A model generated the notes under the pieces. It did no database searches, was not told the DNA's origin, and saw only the letters and a list, made by a program, of their open reading frames with translations. 51,073 bases of DNA from a virus. Its lineage: Duplodnaviria > Caudoviricetes. Shown here piece after piece: positions 9,166 through 18,968 of this stretch. Each line of letters opens with the position of its first letter. The stretch's first letter is position 1. Where the stretch lies: positions 1-51,073 of IMG/VR virus record IMGVR_UViG_3300047388_000215, one strand, 5' to 3'. A program made the translations under genes and the position numbers.

Positions 9166-11949
9166 TCACTGCGTGCCGCGCTGGAACCCGCGGAAGTCGA
9201 TCGGCGTGCCGGAGTAGATATGGCGGATCTTGTAGGTGAGGGTGTCAGCGTTGAACATGCTGCCCACGGTCGGATCGGCCTGGGTGAACAGTTCCGGCTC
9301 CTGCCGGCCCTGGTAGAACCCGATCTCGATGGTCGGACACATGCTCGGATCGGCGACCACGAACCAGTCGTTGGTGTCGGTGAAGTAGTCGATCACCAGC
9401 GGGGTCATGCCGTGGTGGATGTTGGGGGTGTTCGCCGCGCCGGCCGGGGTCGCCGGGATCGCGACCATCGACGTGCACAGCTGCCACGCCAGTTCCTCCA
9501 GCGCCGAGGGCACCACCAGGTACTGGGGGATCAGCGACAGGATGTCCTTGGAGTCGCCGTAGGCAGACTGCCCGCGCATGCTCGCCCGCAGGGCCGACAG
9601 GTTCGTCTGGCTCAACGCCGCGGCGGTGGTGTTGGAGTGGGAGGCGTGGAACAGGGCCACCGAGTCGAACGTGCAGGTCGTGTTCCCAGCCAGCATGTCC
9701 CACACAAACCGGTACAGCGTCTGCGCGGCGGCCAGACCCAGCTTCTTCGGGATGTTCGCGATGGCCCGCAGGTCGTCGTCGGCGATCATCTCCAGGGTCA
9801 GGTCCTCGGTGCCACCCTTCTTGGTGATGCTGTACGTCGCCTCCTCATCAGTCGGGGAGGTCAGCGGCTGGTACGGGGCGCCCTGGTTGACCGTCGGCAG
9901 CGTGCCGTACCCGCCGAGCCGGTCCAGCCGCTGGGTCCTGAAGTCGTTGATCGGGACGGTACTGGACACGATCTGCCGCCACGTCTGGAGGCTGGGCCGG
10001 CCGTAGTCGGCGACCATCCGGCGGGTGATCGAGTCACCGAGGATCACATCCCACGAGGCCGCGGTCAGCGACTCGGTGGACCGGTCGGCGGAGTCGTACA
10101 TGTCCCCGCCGCGCCCGCCGATGGACTCCCGCATCATCCGTCGGTTCAGGTCCTCGCCGAGGCTCTTGGGCCGGTAGCCGGTGATGTCGAGGTAGGCGGA
10201 GCGGAACGAGGTGTAGCCGCTGCCGAAGTCCCCGGCGAACGTCGCGTCCAACGCCTTGATCTTCTTCTCGATCGACTCGGCGGCGACCTGCGCCGTCTGG
10301 GTGGTCGGGACGAGCCCGGACCGCTCGGCGATACCCAGCGCGGCCTTCAGGGTCGCGATCTGCGCGTCCAGGGTGGCCTCGGTGATCCGGTCCGGCAGCG
10401 TCGCGGCCAGCGATTCGACCGTGGCCGCCGGCAGGCCCGCGTCCTCGATCTTGGAGCGGATCATCAGCCGGCCTAGGTAGGAGGTTTTCAGCTCCCCCGC
10501 GGCCTCGGTGACCGGCTCCGGGTCGGGCGTCGGCGGGGGGGTCGACTCGGTTGCGGCGTGCTGGAGACCGTACGCCGCGAGCTGCTCGGGCGTAGCCGTC
10601 TTGAGCGCGCCGAGCACATCGTCGGCAGTCACGGTCATGTCGGATTCTCCTGTGGTCTCCCCCTGCGCGGGGTCGTCTCGGGTTTCGTCACACGTTCCGT
10701 CGTCCGGGTTCAGGCCCCCGGCGACCATGCGGACCGGCTTCCCGCCGGCCGCCGGGTCGGCCACCACGTCGGCGGACAGCACCTGGACGATGGCGGTGGC
10801 CTCCTGTAGCCGCCGGCCCGCCTCCACGACCGGCTTGAAGGTCGCCATCACGTCGTGGGACACGCCGATCAGCGGCGCCAGACCCTCCCCGGCCAGCGCC
10901 AGGGAAGCGTCAAGGGCTTCGGCGACCCGGCCGGCGGACGGCAGCAGGTACAGGTCTGCTTCCAGGCCGTCGGCGGTGGCCTCGACGTTGCGCCAATACC
11001 CGACCAGCGTCTCCACGCTGGAGGAGGCCAGGGCATCCTTGCTGCGGTGCCCGTCGAAGGCGCGGGTGCCCTCGTACAGCGGCGCGGCGGCACGCATGAC
11101 CGCCTCGGGGTAGCGGCGGGCGTTCGCCGAGTCGCCGTAGGCGATGATCCGGGACCGGAAGATCCGGCCACCGTCGGTCGCCTTGCCCTTGGCCTCGATG
11201 ACCCGACCCGACAGGGTGACCTGGACGGCCTCGTACGCCATGTCGTCGTCCATGGAGCCGGGCATGCCGGGCGCGTCGTCGTCCGGGGGCATCCCGGCCG
11301 GCGCCGGGGCGTAGGTGCGGACCACCCGCGACGGCTCCCCCAGCGTCACGTTCCCGGGGACGTCGACGGCGTAGGAGCACTGCCACAGGTCGTCGCAGTC
11401 CAGGTCGTCGGCGTACACCACGTCGGTGTCGGTGAGGTCCGCCACCCAGACGTACACGTAGGTGCCGGACGCCGCGCGGGCGCGGGCTCGCAGGGCGTCG
11501 CGGACGAGGTCGGCGGTGTCGTTGTAGGACCGCTTCCCGTCGATCATCGCCTCGGTGGCCTCCGGGACGGCCACACCGAACCGGCGCAGCGCCGCCCGCA
11601 CCCGGCCACGCACGGCGGGGCCGGCCTCGGCGACCGCCGACCATGCCGCCCGCGCCCGCGCCTCGGTGTCCAGTGGCCACCGCTTGCCCGGGTCGGCGTA
11701 CTCCACCTGCACGACCACCGGAGCGGCCTCGGTGACCCGCACCGGGCCAACCGGGGCGAAGAGGTGGCCACAGGCAGGACAGGTCACCGGCCGCACGATC
11801 ACCCCGTTCTGGCTGGGTACGAACAGTTCCGGACCGTGTTCCCCCGCGATGCCGTGGTAGCCGGTCAGCATCGCCTCGCTGACGCACTGCGGGCACGCCG
11901 GAAGCCCTGGGCACGTCTGCGTGTCGTGGCCGGTCGGGTCCTCGGCCAT
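9166..11949 (-). CDS. Protease-scaffold-major capsid fusion (Mu gpT-like capsid C-terminus)
   Basis: 927 aa. Middle protease-like region 'GDSANARRYP...FDGH...GVSHD...SADVVADPAAGG'. C-terminal capsid with 'FTLEMIADDDL-like (LTLEMIADDDL)...PQYLVVPSALE...IEIGFYQGRQEPE...YKIRH...DFRG'. Confidence 0.88.
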   Translation of the reverse strand: MAEDPTGHDTQTCPGLPACPQCVSEAMLTGYHGIAGEHGPELFVPSQNGVIVRPVTCPACGHLFAPVGPVRVTEAAPVVVQVEYADPGKRWPLDTEARARAAWSAVAEAGPAVRGRVRAALRRFGVAVPEATEAMIDGKRSYNDTADLVRDALRARARAASGTYVYVWVADLTDTDVVYADDLDCDDLWQCSYAVDVPGNVTLGEPSRVVRTYAPAPAGMPPDDDAPGMPGSMDDDMAYEAVQVTLSGRVIEAKGKATDGGRIFRSRIIAYGDSANARRYPEAVMRAAAPLYEGTRAFDGHRSKDALASSSVETLVGYWRNVEATADGLEADLYLLPSAGRVAEALDASLALAGEGLAPLIGVSHDVMATFKPVVEAGRRLQEATAIVQVLSADVVADPAAGGKPVRMVAGGLNPDDGTCDETRDDPAQGETTGESDMTVTADDVLGALKTATPEQLAAYGLQHAATESTPPPTPDPEPVTEAAGELKTSYLGRLMIRSKIEDAGLPAATVESLAATLPDRITEATLDAQIATLKAALGIAERSGLVPTTQTAQVAAESIEKKIKALDATFAGDFGSGYTSFRSAYLDITGYRPKSLGEDLNRRMMRESIGGRGGDMYDSADRSTESLTAASWDVILGDSITRRMVADYGRPSLQTWRQIVSSTVPINDFRTQRLDRLGGYGTLPTVNQGAPYQPLTSPTDEEATYSITKKGGTEDLTLEMIADDDLRAIANIPKKLGLAAAQTLYRFVWDMLAGNTTCTFDSVALFHASHSNTTAAALSQTNLSALRASMRGQSAYGDSKDILSLIPQYLVVPSALEELAWQLCTSMVAIPATPAGAANTPNIHHGMTPLVIDYFTDTNDWFVVADPSMCPTIEIGFYQGRQEPELFTQADPTVGSMFNADTLTYKIRHIYSGTPIDFRGFQRGTQ

Positions 11950-12317
11950 CAGCTCGCCGGCGTCTTACCGCCGCGGGCCGGCCGGGGCTTGTCCGCCGGC
12001 GGCGGGCTGTCGGCAGGGTCCGGGTCGGGGGTGGGCTCGGGCTCGGCGGCCTGCGGGCCGGTGTCGTCCAGTTCGGCGGCGGTCGGCGGTGCCGCGCCCA
12101 CCGGTGCCGTCTGCCACGACCGCAGCGCCCGCGACCGGGCTGCCGCCGCGGTGTCCCGCAGCGCCGGGCAGCGGGTCATCCGGTACCGACCCGTGCCGTC
12201 CAACTCGAACTCGGTGCCGTCCAGCAGGACGGCGGTCGTGCCGTCCCAGGAGGTCACCTCCGACTGCTTCATGCCCAGGAGGTGGGCGACATCCAGACCG
12301 CTCAGCTTGCTGCTCAT
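11949..12317 (-). CDS. Hypothetical protein (122 aa)
   Basis: Fills the gap between portal and capsid with coupled stop/start; Pro-rich tail. Confidence 0.55.
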   Translation of the reverse strand: MSSKLSGLDVAHLLGMKQSEVTSWDGTTAVLLDGTEFELDGTGRYRMTRCPALRDTAAAARSRALRSWQTAPVGAAPPTAAELDDTGPQAAEPEPTPDPDPADSPPPADKPRPARGGKTPAS

Positions 12318-13763
12318 CTACGCTCCCTGCGTTCCAGCGACCGGCTGGAGCCGGCGGGATTTTGGTGTGGTGTCGATGGCCGTGGCGATGTCGTCACGGT
12401 TCGCGTCCGGGGAGTCCAGGTCGGCGGTGTACGGGACGCCGACGAAGTCCTCCCACGCCTTGCGGGCCGCGATCCGGGTCGCCTCCGGGGACAGGGCACC
12501 GATCGAGGACAGGTTCTCCAGGCCCGTGGACAGGTTCAACAACACCTGCGCGGTGATCTCCGCGTCAGCCGCCGCGATCTCCGGGCCGGTGACGGTCACA
12601 CACTGCGCCGCCCGGATCTGGTAACTCTGGCCCGTCCTCGGGTCCGCCGCGGTCACCATCTCCGGCAGCCGCTTCGCCGCGACCGCCCGGTCCACCACGA
12701 ACCGCACCAGCTCGGTCTGGTAGCCCAGCCACATCTTCTGCACACCTTGCACACGGCGCCGAACCGGCTCGGCCATCGTCTGCCCCGTCGCCCTGTTCGT
12801 GTGCTCCGGCTCGGCCAGCCAGTGCTTCGCCAGCCCCGACCCGCCGGCGATGAGGGTGAGCGCGGACCCGGCGGCGGCGGCGTCCTCGAACGCCCCGGAC
12901 GGCGCGGACTTCTGCTCCCACGTGACGTTCTCGTTGTGCACCTCGACCGACCCGGACGGTGGCGGGTGGAGGCCGCCGCGGGCGTCCACGAACGCATTCA
13001 CCGCGGTCTGGTCGCCCTTCACCGTGACGTCCCACACCAGATACCGGGCCAGCGCGGTCCGGTCGATCAGGTTGGACAGGATCTGGTCGTAGTTGTCCAG
13101 CCAGTCCAGGATCGGCGTCAGGAACGGCATCGAATGCTGGTCGGTGACCAGCGTCTTCCATGGCGTCCAGAACTGTGCCTGGCCTGCCCGCAGGCCGGTG
13201 GCGTCGTCGACCTGCACCACCTTGTACGGCCGGTACTCCCCGTCCTGCCCGGCCACCAGTAGCTCGTCCGGCCACAGCGGGTTCCCGTTCAGCCACGACA
13301 CCCGCTGGATCGCCGTCACGTTCATCGGGGCGAACCGCACCACCCCGGAGACGGCGCCCTCCAGCATCTCCAGCGCCGACTCGCCGTTGAGGATCTGGTC
13401 CCGCAGCAGCAGTTCCTGGATGCCGCCGACATTGTTCCGCGGATCGGACCAGAATTGGTCCACGACCTCCCGCACCTGCGGGTTCGTCACCTGGTACGAC
13501 ACGCCCTTGTCGCCGACGATGAACGACGTGTAGGTGTCCACGATGGCCCGGCCCATCGGGTTGGCCCGGTACGCGGCCACCGAGCTCGCGCGGGCCTTCT
13601 CGGTGGTCCACGGAGGCATCTGCCGGCCGATCGACCCCAGCGGCTTGAACCCGACATCCCCGTCCACCGGGTCGACGCCGTAGTTGCCCACCGCGCCGGT
13701 CGCCACCAACTGCCCCGTGGTAGCCTCCACGGTGCGACGGGCCAGCGCCCGGGCGATCGTCAC
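12318..13763 (-). CDS. Portal protein
   Basis: 481 aa between terL and the capsid gene; 'AYRANPMGRAIVD...GLAKHWL.EP..TNRATGQTM'. Confidence 0.85.
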   Translation of the reverse strand: MTIARALARRTVEATTGQLVATGAVGNYGVDPVDGDVGFKPLGSIGRQMPPWTTEKARASSVAAYRANPMGRAIVDTYTSFIVGDKGVSYQVTNPQVREVVDQFWSDPRNNVGGIQELLLRDQILNGESALEMLEGAVSGVVRFAPMNVTAIQRVSWLNGNPLWPDELLVAGQDGEYRPYKVVQVDDATGLRAGQAQFWTPWKTLVTDQHSMPFLTPILDWLDNYDQILSNLIDRTALARYLVWDVTVKGDQTAVNAFVDARGGLHPPPSGSVEVHNENVTWEQKSAPSGAFEDAAAAGSALTLIAGGSGLAKHWLAEPEHTNRATGQTMAEPVRRRVQGVQKMWLGYQTELVRFVVDRAVAAKRLPEMVTAADPRTGQSYQIRAAQCVTVTGPEIAAADAEITAQVLLNLSTGLENLSSIGALSPEATRIAARKAWEDFVGVPYTADLDSPDANRDDIATAIDTTPKSRRLQPVAGTQGA

Positions 13764-13999
13764 GCCGCGGCGTCCTCATCGAGAGCCTCGACCCACGCCG
13801 ACCGAAGCGCCCGGGCGGCCGCCGCCAGACGTGACGGGCGGACACTGGCGCGCACCGGGGCACGGTTGCGGGAACGCAGGTTCACCTCAACCAGCAGCGC
13901 CATGCTGGCCACCAGTAGGGCTGCGGGCAACCAGATGAGGCCCGCGAACACCACCAGCCCGGCCAGACCGGCGAACTCGCCCACGTCGTAGCGGTCCAC
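13760..13999 (-). CDS. Small membrane protein between terL and portal
   Basis: 79 aa with hydrophobic segments; GAGGAGG RBS; GTGA overlap with portal. Confidence 0.65.
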   Translation of the reverse strand: MDRYDVGEFAGLAGLVVFAGLIWLPAALLVASMALLVEVNLRSRNRAPVRASVRPSRLAAAARALRSAWVEALDEDAAA

Positions 14000-14008
14000 G
14001 GTGCCTCC

Positions 14009-15694
14009 TCAGATGCCCAGCCGCGAGCTCGGCCGGAACATGCTCCGGTCGTCGGGCTTACCTCCGGTCGCTTTCGCGGTGGCCGGCTCGGCCGACGGCG
14101 TCGGCGGGACGACGGTCAGGACCCACACGCCCATGCACATCGAGATGCACGCGTCGATGTGGCGGCGGCTCTTGCCCTTGCTGAGAGTGAAGCCGCGTTC
14201 CTGTTCCCGCTTCACCGCGGCCTTGACCTGATCCGCGAACTCCGGGTCCCCGTCGTGCACGACCTGGCCGTTAATGATCAGGTCGAAGGTCTGCCCACAG
14301 GCGGGCGCCATCCGCTGCGGTGACTGGTCGAACTCGATGACCTCGATGCCGTCGTCTTCGAGCAGTCGTGCCGGGAGTTCGAAGAACCGCGGGTCGTACA
14401 CCACGCCCCGGAACCCCGGCCCGGTAGCCAGCGCCCGCACGTGCTTGAAGACGTCCACGTGGTCGATCCGACCGCCAGCCGGTGCCCAGATCCGTGCCGT
14501 TACCGCCACCCGGCCGTCCGGCAGCAGCTCGCACCGGTCCACCGCCACCGTGTCCCGCTTCAGCGCCATGTCCACCGCGACCGTGAACGGGTTCGTCGGG
14601 TCCGACCGCCACGTTCCCTGACAGTCAGCCCATGCGGCCGGGTGGTCCTTCAGCCACGAGTCCGCGGCCAGTTCCACCCACCGGTTGCCGTAGTAGCGAA
14701 TCCACTCGTGCGGCGGCATGTCCGGCTTGCCCCACGCATTGACCCGGTCGACCACCGACCAAAGCACCCCGGCGGCCTCGGAGGCGGCGCGGACAGCGAT
14801 CTCCCGGTCGCGGGGCTTCCGGTAGTCCAGGCCGTCCGGCGCCTCATGCCAGTCGAACAGGTACCGGGGCGATACCCGCGGGTCCCGGATCACCCGCCGA
14901 CCTAGCTTGACCATCTCCCCGAGCAGGGAGTGGTCGAGGTCGAACCCGGCCGTCGACAGGCTGATCTGCCGGCCGCAGCCCCGCGGGGTACGGCGTTTGC
15001 GGGTCGACTTCCCGATGACCGTCTTCACCCGGGCCTTGCGGTCCGGGTTGTCGCCGCCCTCGCCCCACTCGTGCAGCTCGTCGCACACGAACAGCGTCGG
15101 CAGACCGCCCTCGTTCGTGCCGGCCACAGCCGCGACCCGGAAGATCCGACCCGCGCGGCCGTCGGTGAACTTGATCTCGGTGTCGTACACCTCGAAGAAC
15201 CCGCGTAGCGGCGAGGCGTCCGCGAGCTGGTCCCGGCCGCCGGCCATCGTGGCCACCGCCGAGAACAGCAGATCGGCCTGCTCGAAGCTCGCCGCGGCGA
15301 TCGGGATGTTCGGCGACGGAACCGCGATCTCGCTCGGCCCAGCGAATTCCAGCATGACGACCGCGGCGATGAACTGCGTCTTCCCATCGCCGGTGGCCGC
15401 CCCGCGCAACGCCTCGTCGTAGTGCCACTGCCCGCACTCCGGGCAGTACTCGTACCAGCGCCACAGGAACCGTTTCTGATCATCCCGCAGGACGATCAGC
15501 TTGCCTTCCCAGTCCCCCTCGCCGCAGACGCAGTTGTCCTCGATCCACCGCACCGCCGTGTCGCCGTGCGACGGCCACAACACCCCCGCCGCGGGCCGCC
15601 ACCCGCAGCCCTGGCAGCCCGGATCAGGTGCCGGCTTCGATGACCCGCGGGTCCGGCGCCGCGACCGCGGCCTGGTCGGAGCGGACATCGCCAC
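14009..15694 (-). CDS. terL: Terminase large subunit
   Basis: Walker A-like ATGDGKT, Walker B FVCDELH, coupling motif LSTAG, RNase H-like VDMALKRD...YDPRF...HIDACIS. Confidence 0.93.
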   Translation of the reverse strand: MAMSAPTRPRSRRRTRGSSKPAPDPGCQGCGWRPAAGVLWPSHGDTAVRWIEDNCVCGEGDWEGKLIVLRDDQKRFLWRWYEYCPECGQWHYDEALRGAATGDGKTQFIAAVVMLEFAGPSEIAVPSPNIPIAAASFEQADLLFSAVATMAGGRDQLADASPLRGFFEVYDTEIKFTDGRAGRIFRVAAVAGTNEGGLPTLFVCDELHEWGEGGDNPDRKARVKTVIGKSTRKRRTPRGCGRQISLSTAGFDLDHSLLGEMVKLGRRVIRDPRVSPRYLFDWHEAPDGLDYRKPRDREIAVRAASEAAGVLWSVVDRVNAWGKPDMPPHEWIRYYGNRWVELAADSWLKDHPAAWADCQGTWRSDPTNPFTVAVDMALKRDTVAVDRCELLPDGRVAVTARIWAPAGGRIDHVDVFKHVRALATGPGFRGVVYDPRFFELPARLLEDDGIEVIEFDQSPQRMAPACGQTFDLIINGQVVHDGDPEFADQVKAAVKREQERGFTLSKGKSRRHIDACISMCMGVWVLTVVPPTPSAEPATAKATGGKPDDRSMFRPSSRLGI

Positions 15695-16133
15695 CCCCGT
15701 ACCGTGCGTTCATGTCCGCCAGCGACCGCCGCTCGGTCAGCACCGCGATGCCCAGGTTCGACCGGTTCAACCCGCCCGCGCCGATCTGCCTCTCGCAGCG
15801 CTCCACCACATCCAGCGCCCGGTACGCGATCCTGTACAGCGGGTTCTCGACGTCCTGCCCCGTAGACCCGGCCACCACCGGATTCCGGTCCGCCTCAGCA
15901 ACCGTCCGCAGGTACCGGTCCAGCTCCGTCACCCACCGCACCAGGAGCGCCCGGTCCACCGGAGTGCCCACCGAGGCCACCGCATCGGCCCAGTACGAGT
16001 CCCAGGCGGCCACGGCCTCATCGCAGATGTCCGGCGGGGCCCCGAACCGCTGCCCGGCCACCGCGGTCAGGTCCACGCGGCGTCCGTTGCGGCGGTCCAC
16101 TGTCGACCCGGCCGGCTTCTTCGTGCGCGGCAT
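15624..16133 (-). CDS. terS: Terminase small subunit (P27-like)
   Basis: MPRTKKP... start with GGAGG RBS; 'GSTGQDVENPLY...IGAGGLNRSNLGI'; overlaps terL. Confidence 0.8.
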   Translation of the reverse strand: MPRTKKPAGSTVDRRNGRRVDLTAVAGQRFGAPPDICDEAVAAWDSYWADAVASVGTPVDRALLVRWVTELDRYLRTVAEADRNPVVAGSTGQDVENPLYRIAYRALDVVERCERQIGAGGLNRSNLGIAVLTERRSLADMNARYGGGDVRSDQAAVAAPDPRVIEAGT

Positions 16134-16319
16134 GAACACCTCCGACCGGAAATGCGCCCCTCCAGGCAGAAACTGGCCACAGGCGAAACGGGCCAGTCGT
16201 GGTACCACGGATCGGGGGGCCGGGACGCGGGGGCGAGGCAGGGCCTGTTGATCACGACATTGACCCCGGGGGTCACGGTGTGTGACTCGCGGCCGGCCTC
16301 GGCCCGAGGATCTGGAGAC

Positions 16320-16682
16320 TCAGGTCACTCTGTGTGCTGTCGCGCCGCGTCTGCTGTTGGCTGAGCGGCACAGCACCCGTAGTGCACCGGCCTCTGCCCC
16401 ACCCTGCGCCACCGTAGCCATGTGGTCAGCAGTCAGGTCGGCGCTCGGGTGTGGTGCGTGGTTCAGGTCCACTGCTCCGGGGCACAGCCAGCCGTAGACA
16501 CTGACGTGGTCGGCGACTGCCTGCCGTCGGCGTTGCTGCTCGGCCCAGGTGCGGCGCTCCGGTCGGCGGGCGTCCTTGGCCCGCTGCCTCTCGGCCTCGC
16601 AGTCGGGACAGCGGTTGCCGTCGCGGACCAGCGTGTGGCCGGGTTCGTGCCGGCCACCACCGAGGCAGGGTCGCAGCGGCAC
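16320..16682 (-). CDS. HNH endonuclease (packaging-associated)
   Basis: 'DLTADH...GG...LRVLCRSANSRRG' HNH motif directly upstream of terS. Confidence 0.8.
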   Translation of the reverse strand: MPLRPCLGGGRHEPGHTLVRDGNRCPDCEAERQRAKDARRPERRTWAEQQRRRQAVADHVSVYGWLCPGAVDLNHAPHPSADLTADHMATVAQGGAEAGALRVLCRSANSRRGATAHRVT

Positions 16683-16709
16683 ACGGTCACCTGTGCGCCA
16701 TAGCGTGGG

Positions 16710-17396
16710 CTACTGCCACACCGAGCAGCTCGTACCCCAGCCGGGCACGCTCGGAGTAGCACCCTCAGCCACTACCTCAGCGGCGGCCATCAGGGTGTCG
16801 CTGGCGGACTGCCGGTCCTCGGCGGTGATCTGCCCCGCGTACAGCACCGACAGGCCGTCGTCGGCGATGGTCGTGGTGGTGACCGTGGCCTGGTCGGCGG
16901 TGAGGTCGGGGATGCTGGTCCGCGGGGTCGGGGTCTCGGCGCCGGACCAGTCGATGGTCACCGAGAAGCCCCAGACCTGCGGGCCGGTAGCGGCCACGGA
17001 TTCGATGGAGCCGGGCGCGAGGCCGCCGTGGCCGTCGTCCACCTCCACCACGATGCGGCGGATCGAGGAGCCGGGCGGGACCACGCCGGCGGTGGCGAGG
17101 GCTGAGACCAGCGCATCGTGCTCGGAGGTCATGCCGGCTTCTCTCCCTCTGGTGGTCCGGTCGGTGGGGAAGTTGTCGTCGTCGTCAGCCAGCAGTTCCG
17201 GGATGACGTGGCCCGGTACCCGGTGGCCCGCGCTGAGGTGCTCACCCAGATGACTGATCATCTCGCCCGTGTTATGGCCGCGGAACGAGTGCTGTGGAGG
17301 TGCTGCCAGAGAGCAGCTGTTGCACTCCAGGTAGCCGTCGACGTGCATGTACAGGTAGATGTCGCTGCCCGGGTCGGCACGCCGGGCGTAGCTCAC
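16710..17396 (-). CDS. Hypothetical protein, possibly two in-frame genes (second ATG at 17132)
   Basis: N-terminal Cys/His domain 'SYAR...DIYLY...LECNSC...HL.EH...GH.VP'. An internal purine-rich RBS-like stretch precedes MTSEH. Confidence 0.55.
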   Translation of the reverse strand: MSYARRADPGSDIYLYMHVDGYLECNSCSLAAPPQHSFRGHNTGEMISHLGEHLSAGHRVPGHVIPELLADDDDNFPTDRTTRGREAGMTSEHDALVSALATAGVVPPGSSIRRIVVEVDDGHGGLAPGSIESVAATGPQVWGFSVTIDWSGAETPTPRTSIPDLTADQATVTTTTIADDGLSVLYAGQITAEDRQSASDTLMAAAEVVAEGATPSVPGWGTSCSVWQ

Positions 17397-17556
17397 ACAC
17401 ATTCCTCCAGCTCACGGCTGGGTGACCGGAGGCCCACCGCCCCTGGGTGCTATACCAGGGCTCTCGCCGCAGGATGGGCGGGCGCCTTGACGGTGAGCGC
17501 ACGGCTCTCGACTATCCCGCCTAGGACGGGAGAAGGACCGGCCCGGGGCTCTCCGG

Positions 17557-18657
17557 TCAGGTGCATGGCGAGGCGATGGCCTGCCCGGTGTCAAGCACGT
17601 TGCCGCTCCACTGCACTCCGTCGGTGCCGTCGTAGGCGTGCGCGTTGGCGCATTCGGCCAGCCCGAACTGCCACGTCCCGGCGGCCACCGTGTTGTCCCG
17701 GATGTCCGCTACCACGCCCGGGTAGTTGCCCGAGATGCCGCTACCGGTGTCGTTGATGCGGACCGTGAACTGGCCGCAGGCGAAGCGGTCGTGGACGGCC
17801 GTCAGCGTGCTGTTCGGGCCCGGGTGGTCGCTCCAGAACAGGGCGCTGTTGCCCTTGTCCGTGCTGTTGCCCGCACACCCGGACAGGCTGTCGTGGTCCA
17901 GGGTGACATGGACGGTGCTGCCAGGCCCGTACTGCTGGACGCCGTCCGGGTGCTCGCCGCTGGCGAAGCACAGCCCGTCGGACAGCGAGTCGGTGATCGT
18001 GACCGTGCCGGCGCTGGTGCGCGGGCCGTCCTGCCAGTTGTGGACGTGGACGCGCAGCAGGCTGTAGCTACCTCCGGTAATCGGCGGGAAGTCGCCTGTG
18101 CTGCAACTCTGACCCGGGTTCGCGGTGATCTCGGTATCGGTGAGCTGGGTTCCGGTGTGCTCGCCGTTGAACACCACGCCGTGGACACGGGTGCGGGTGA
18201 CGTGCACGTTGTCGCCATCGATGATCAGCGAGCCCTGGACGTCCCGACTGTCCAGGGTCGCGCCGGCAACCAGGTGCACGTCCCCGGAGACCGTGGTCAG
18301 GGGCACGCCGAGCGGCACGCCGGTCGTGGCCGCTGTGGGGAAGCACGCCGGCCACGCACAACCGCCCGCGGGGGATGTAGGAGGCGGTGTGGTTGTAGCC
18401 GGCGCGCTGCTCGTGGTGGGCGGGGGTGGAGTCGTCGGGGGCACGGTCGGCGGGGCGGTACACAGAACGCGGCGAGGGGCGGCCGTGCCTGCGCCGAACA
18501 GGCAGGCTTGGTAGGCGTTGCCGTCGATGCGGTCCAGCTGGGACTGCTGGCCGGAGTCGGCCACCTGCGGCCGGGACAGCGCCACCGCCGTCCCGGCTAC
18601 ACCCAGGATGGCGGCGGCGGACAGTGCTGTGACCGCCAGCCACCGCCAGCTGGTCAT
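17557..18657 (-). CDS. Secreted protein with Pro/Thr linker and right-handed beta-helix (pectin-lyase-like) domain
   Basis: Signal-peptide-like N-terminus, PTT-rich linker, 'PTAATTGVP.G..LT', 'HPDGVQ', and repetitive short strands. Confidence 0.7.
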   Translation of the reverse strand: MTSWRWLAVTALSAAAILGVAGTAVALSRPQVADSGQQSQLDRIDGNAYQACLFGAGTAAPRRVLCTAPPTVPPTTPPPPTTSSAPATTTPPPTSPAGGCAWPACFPTAATTGVPLGVPLTTVSGDVHLVAGATLDSRDVQGSLIIDGDNVHVTRTRVHGVVFNGEHTGTQLTDTEITANPGQSCSTGDFPPITGGSYSLLRVHVHNWQDGPRTSAGTVTITDSLSDGLCFASGEHPDGVQQYGPGSTVHVTLDHDSLSGCAGNSTDKGNSALFWSDHPGPNSTLTAVHDRFACGQFTVRINDTGSGISGNYPGVVADIRDNTVAAGTWQFGLAECANAHAYDGTDGVQWSGNVLDTGQAIASPCT

Positions 18658-18968
18658 GCCGGCTGGTCCTGCGCCGTGCCCAGGTCGATCTCCACCGCGG
18701 TCACGCTGCCGGCGAGCACGTCGATGCTCACCGACCCGGCGAACTGGTCGCCGCTGGTCTCGGCGTCGGTGACGCTGAGCACCGCGGTGCCGAGCGTGCC
18801 GGTCGCGGCGACCGTGCCGGTGCCGTCGCCGTTGTCGGTGAGGGTCAGCACGTTGGTGTTGTCAACGGCGAACACCGGAGTGCCGGTCAGCGGGGCCGGG
18901 TTGCCGCGGGCATCCTTGCCGGCGACGGCGAAGGAGACCTGCTGGTTGTCGGTCAGGGTGAAGCTCAT
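18654..18968 (-). CDS. Ig-like domain protein (start may lie upstream, up to 19067)
   Basis: 'FTLTDNQQV...KDARGNPA...DNTNVLTL....GTG...GTLGTAVLSV', an Ig-like beta sandwich pattern. Confidence 0.6.
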   Translation of the reverse strand: MSFTLTDNQQVSFAVAGKDARGNPAPLTGTPVFAVDNTNVLTLTDNGDGTGTVAATGTLGTAVLSVTDAETSGDQFAGSVSIDVLAGSVTAVEIDLGTAQDQPA

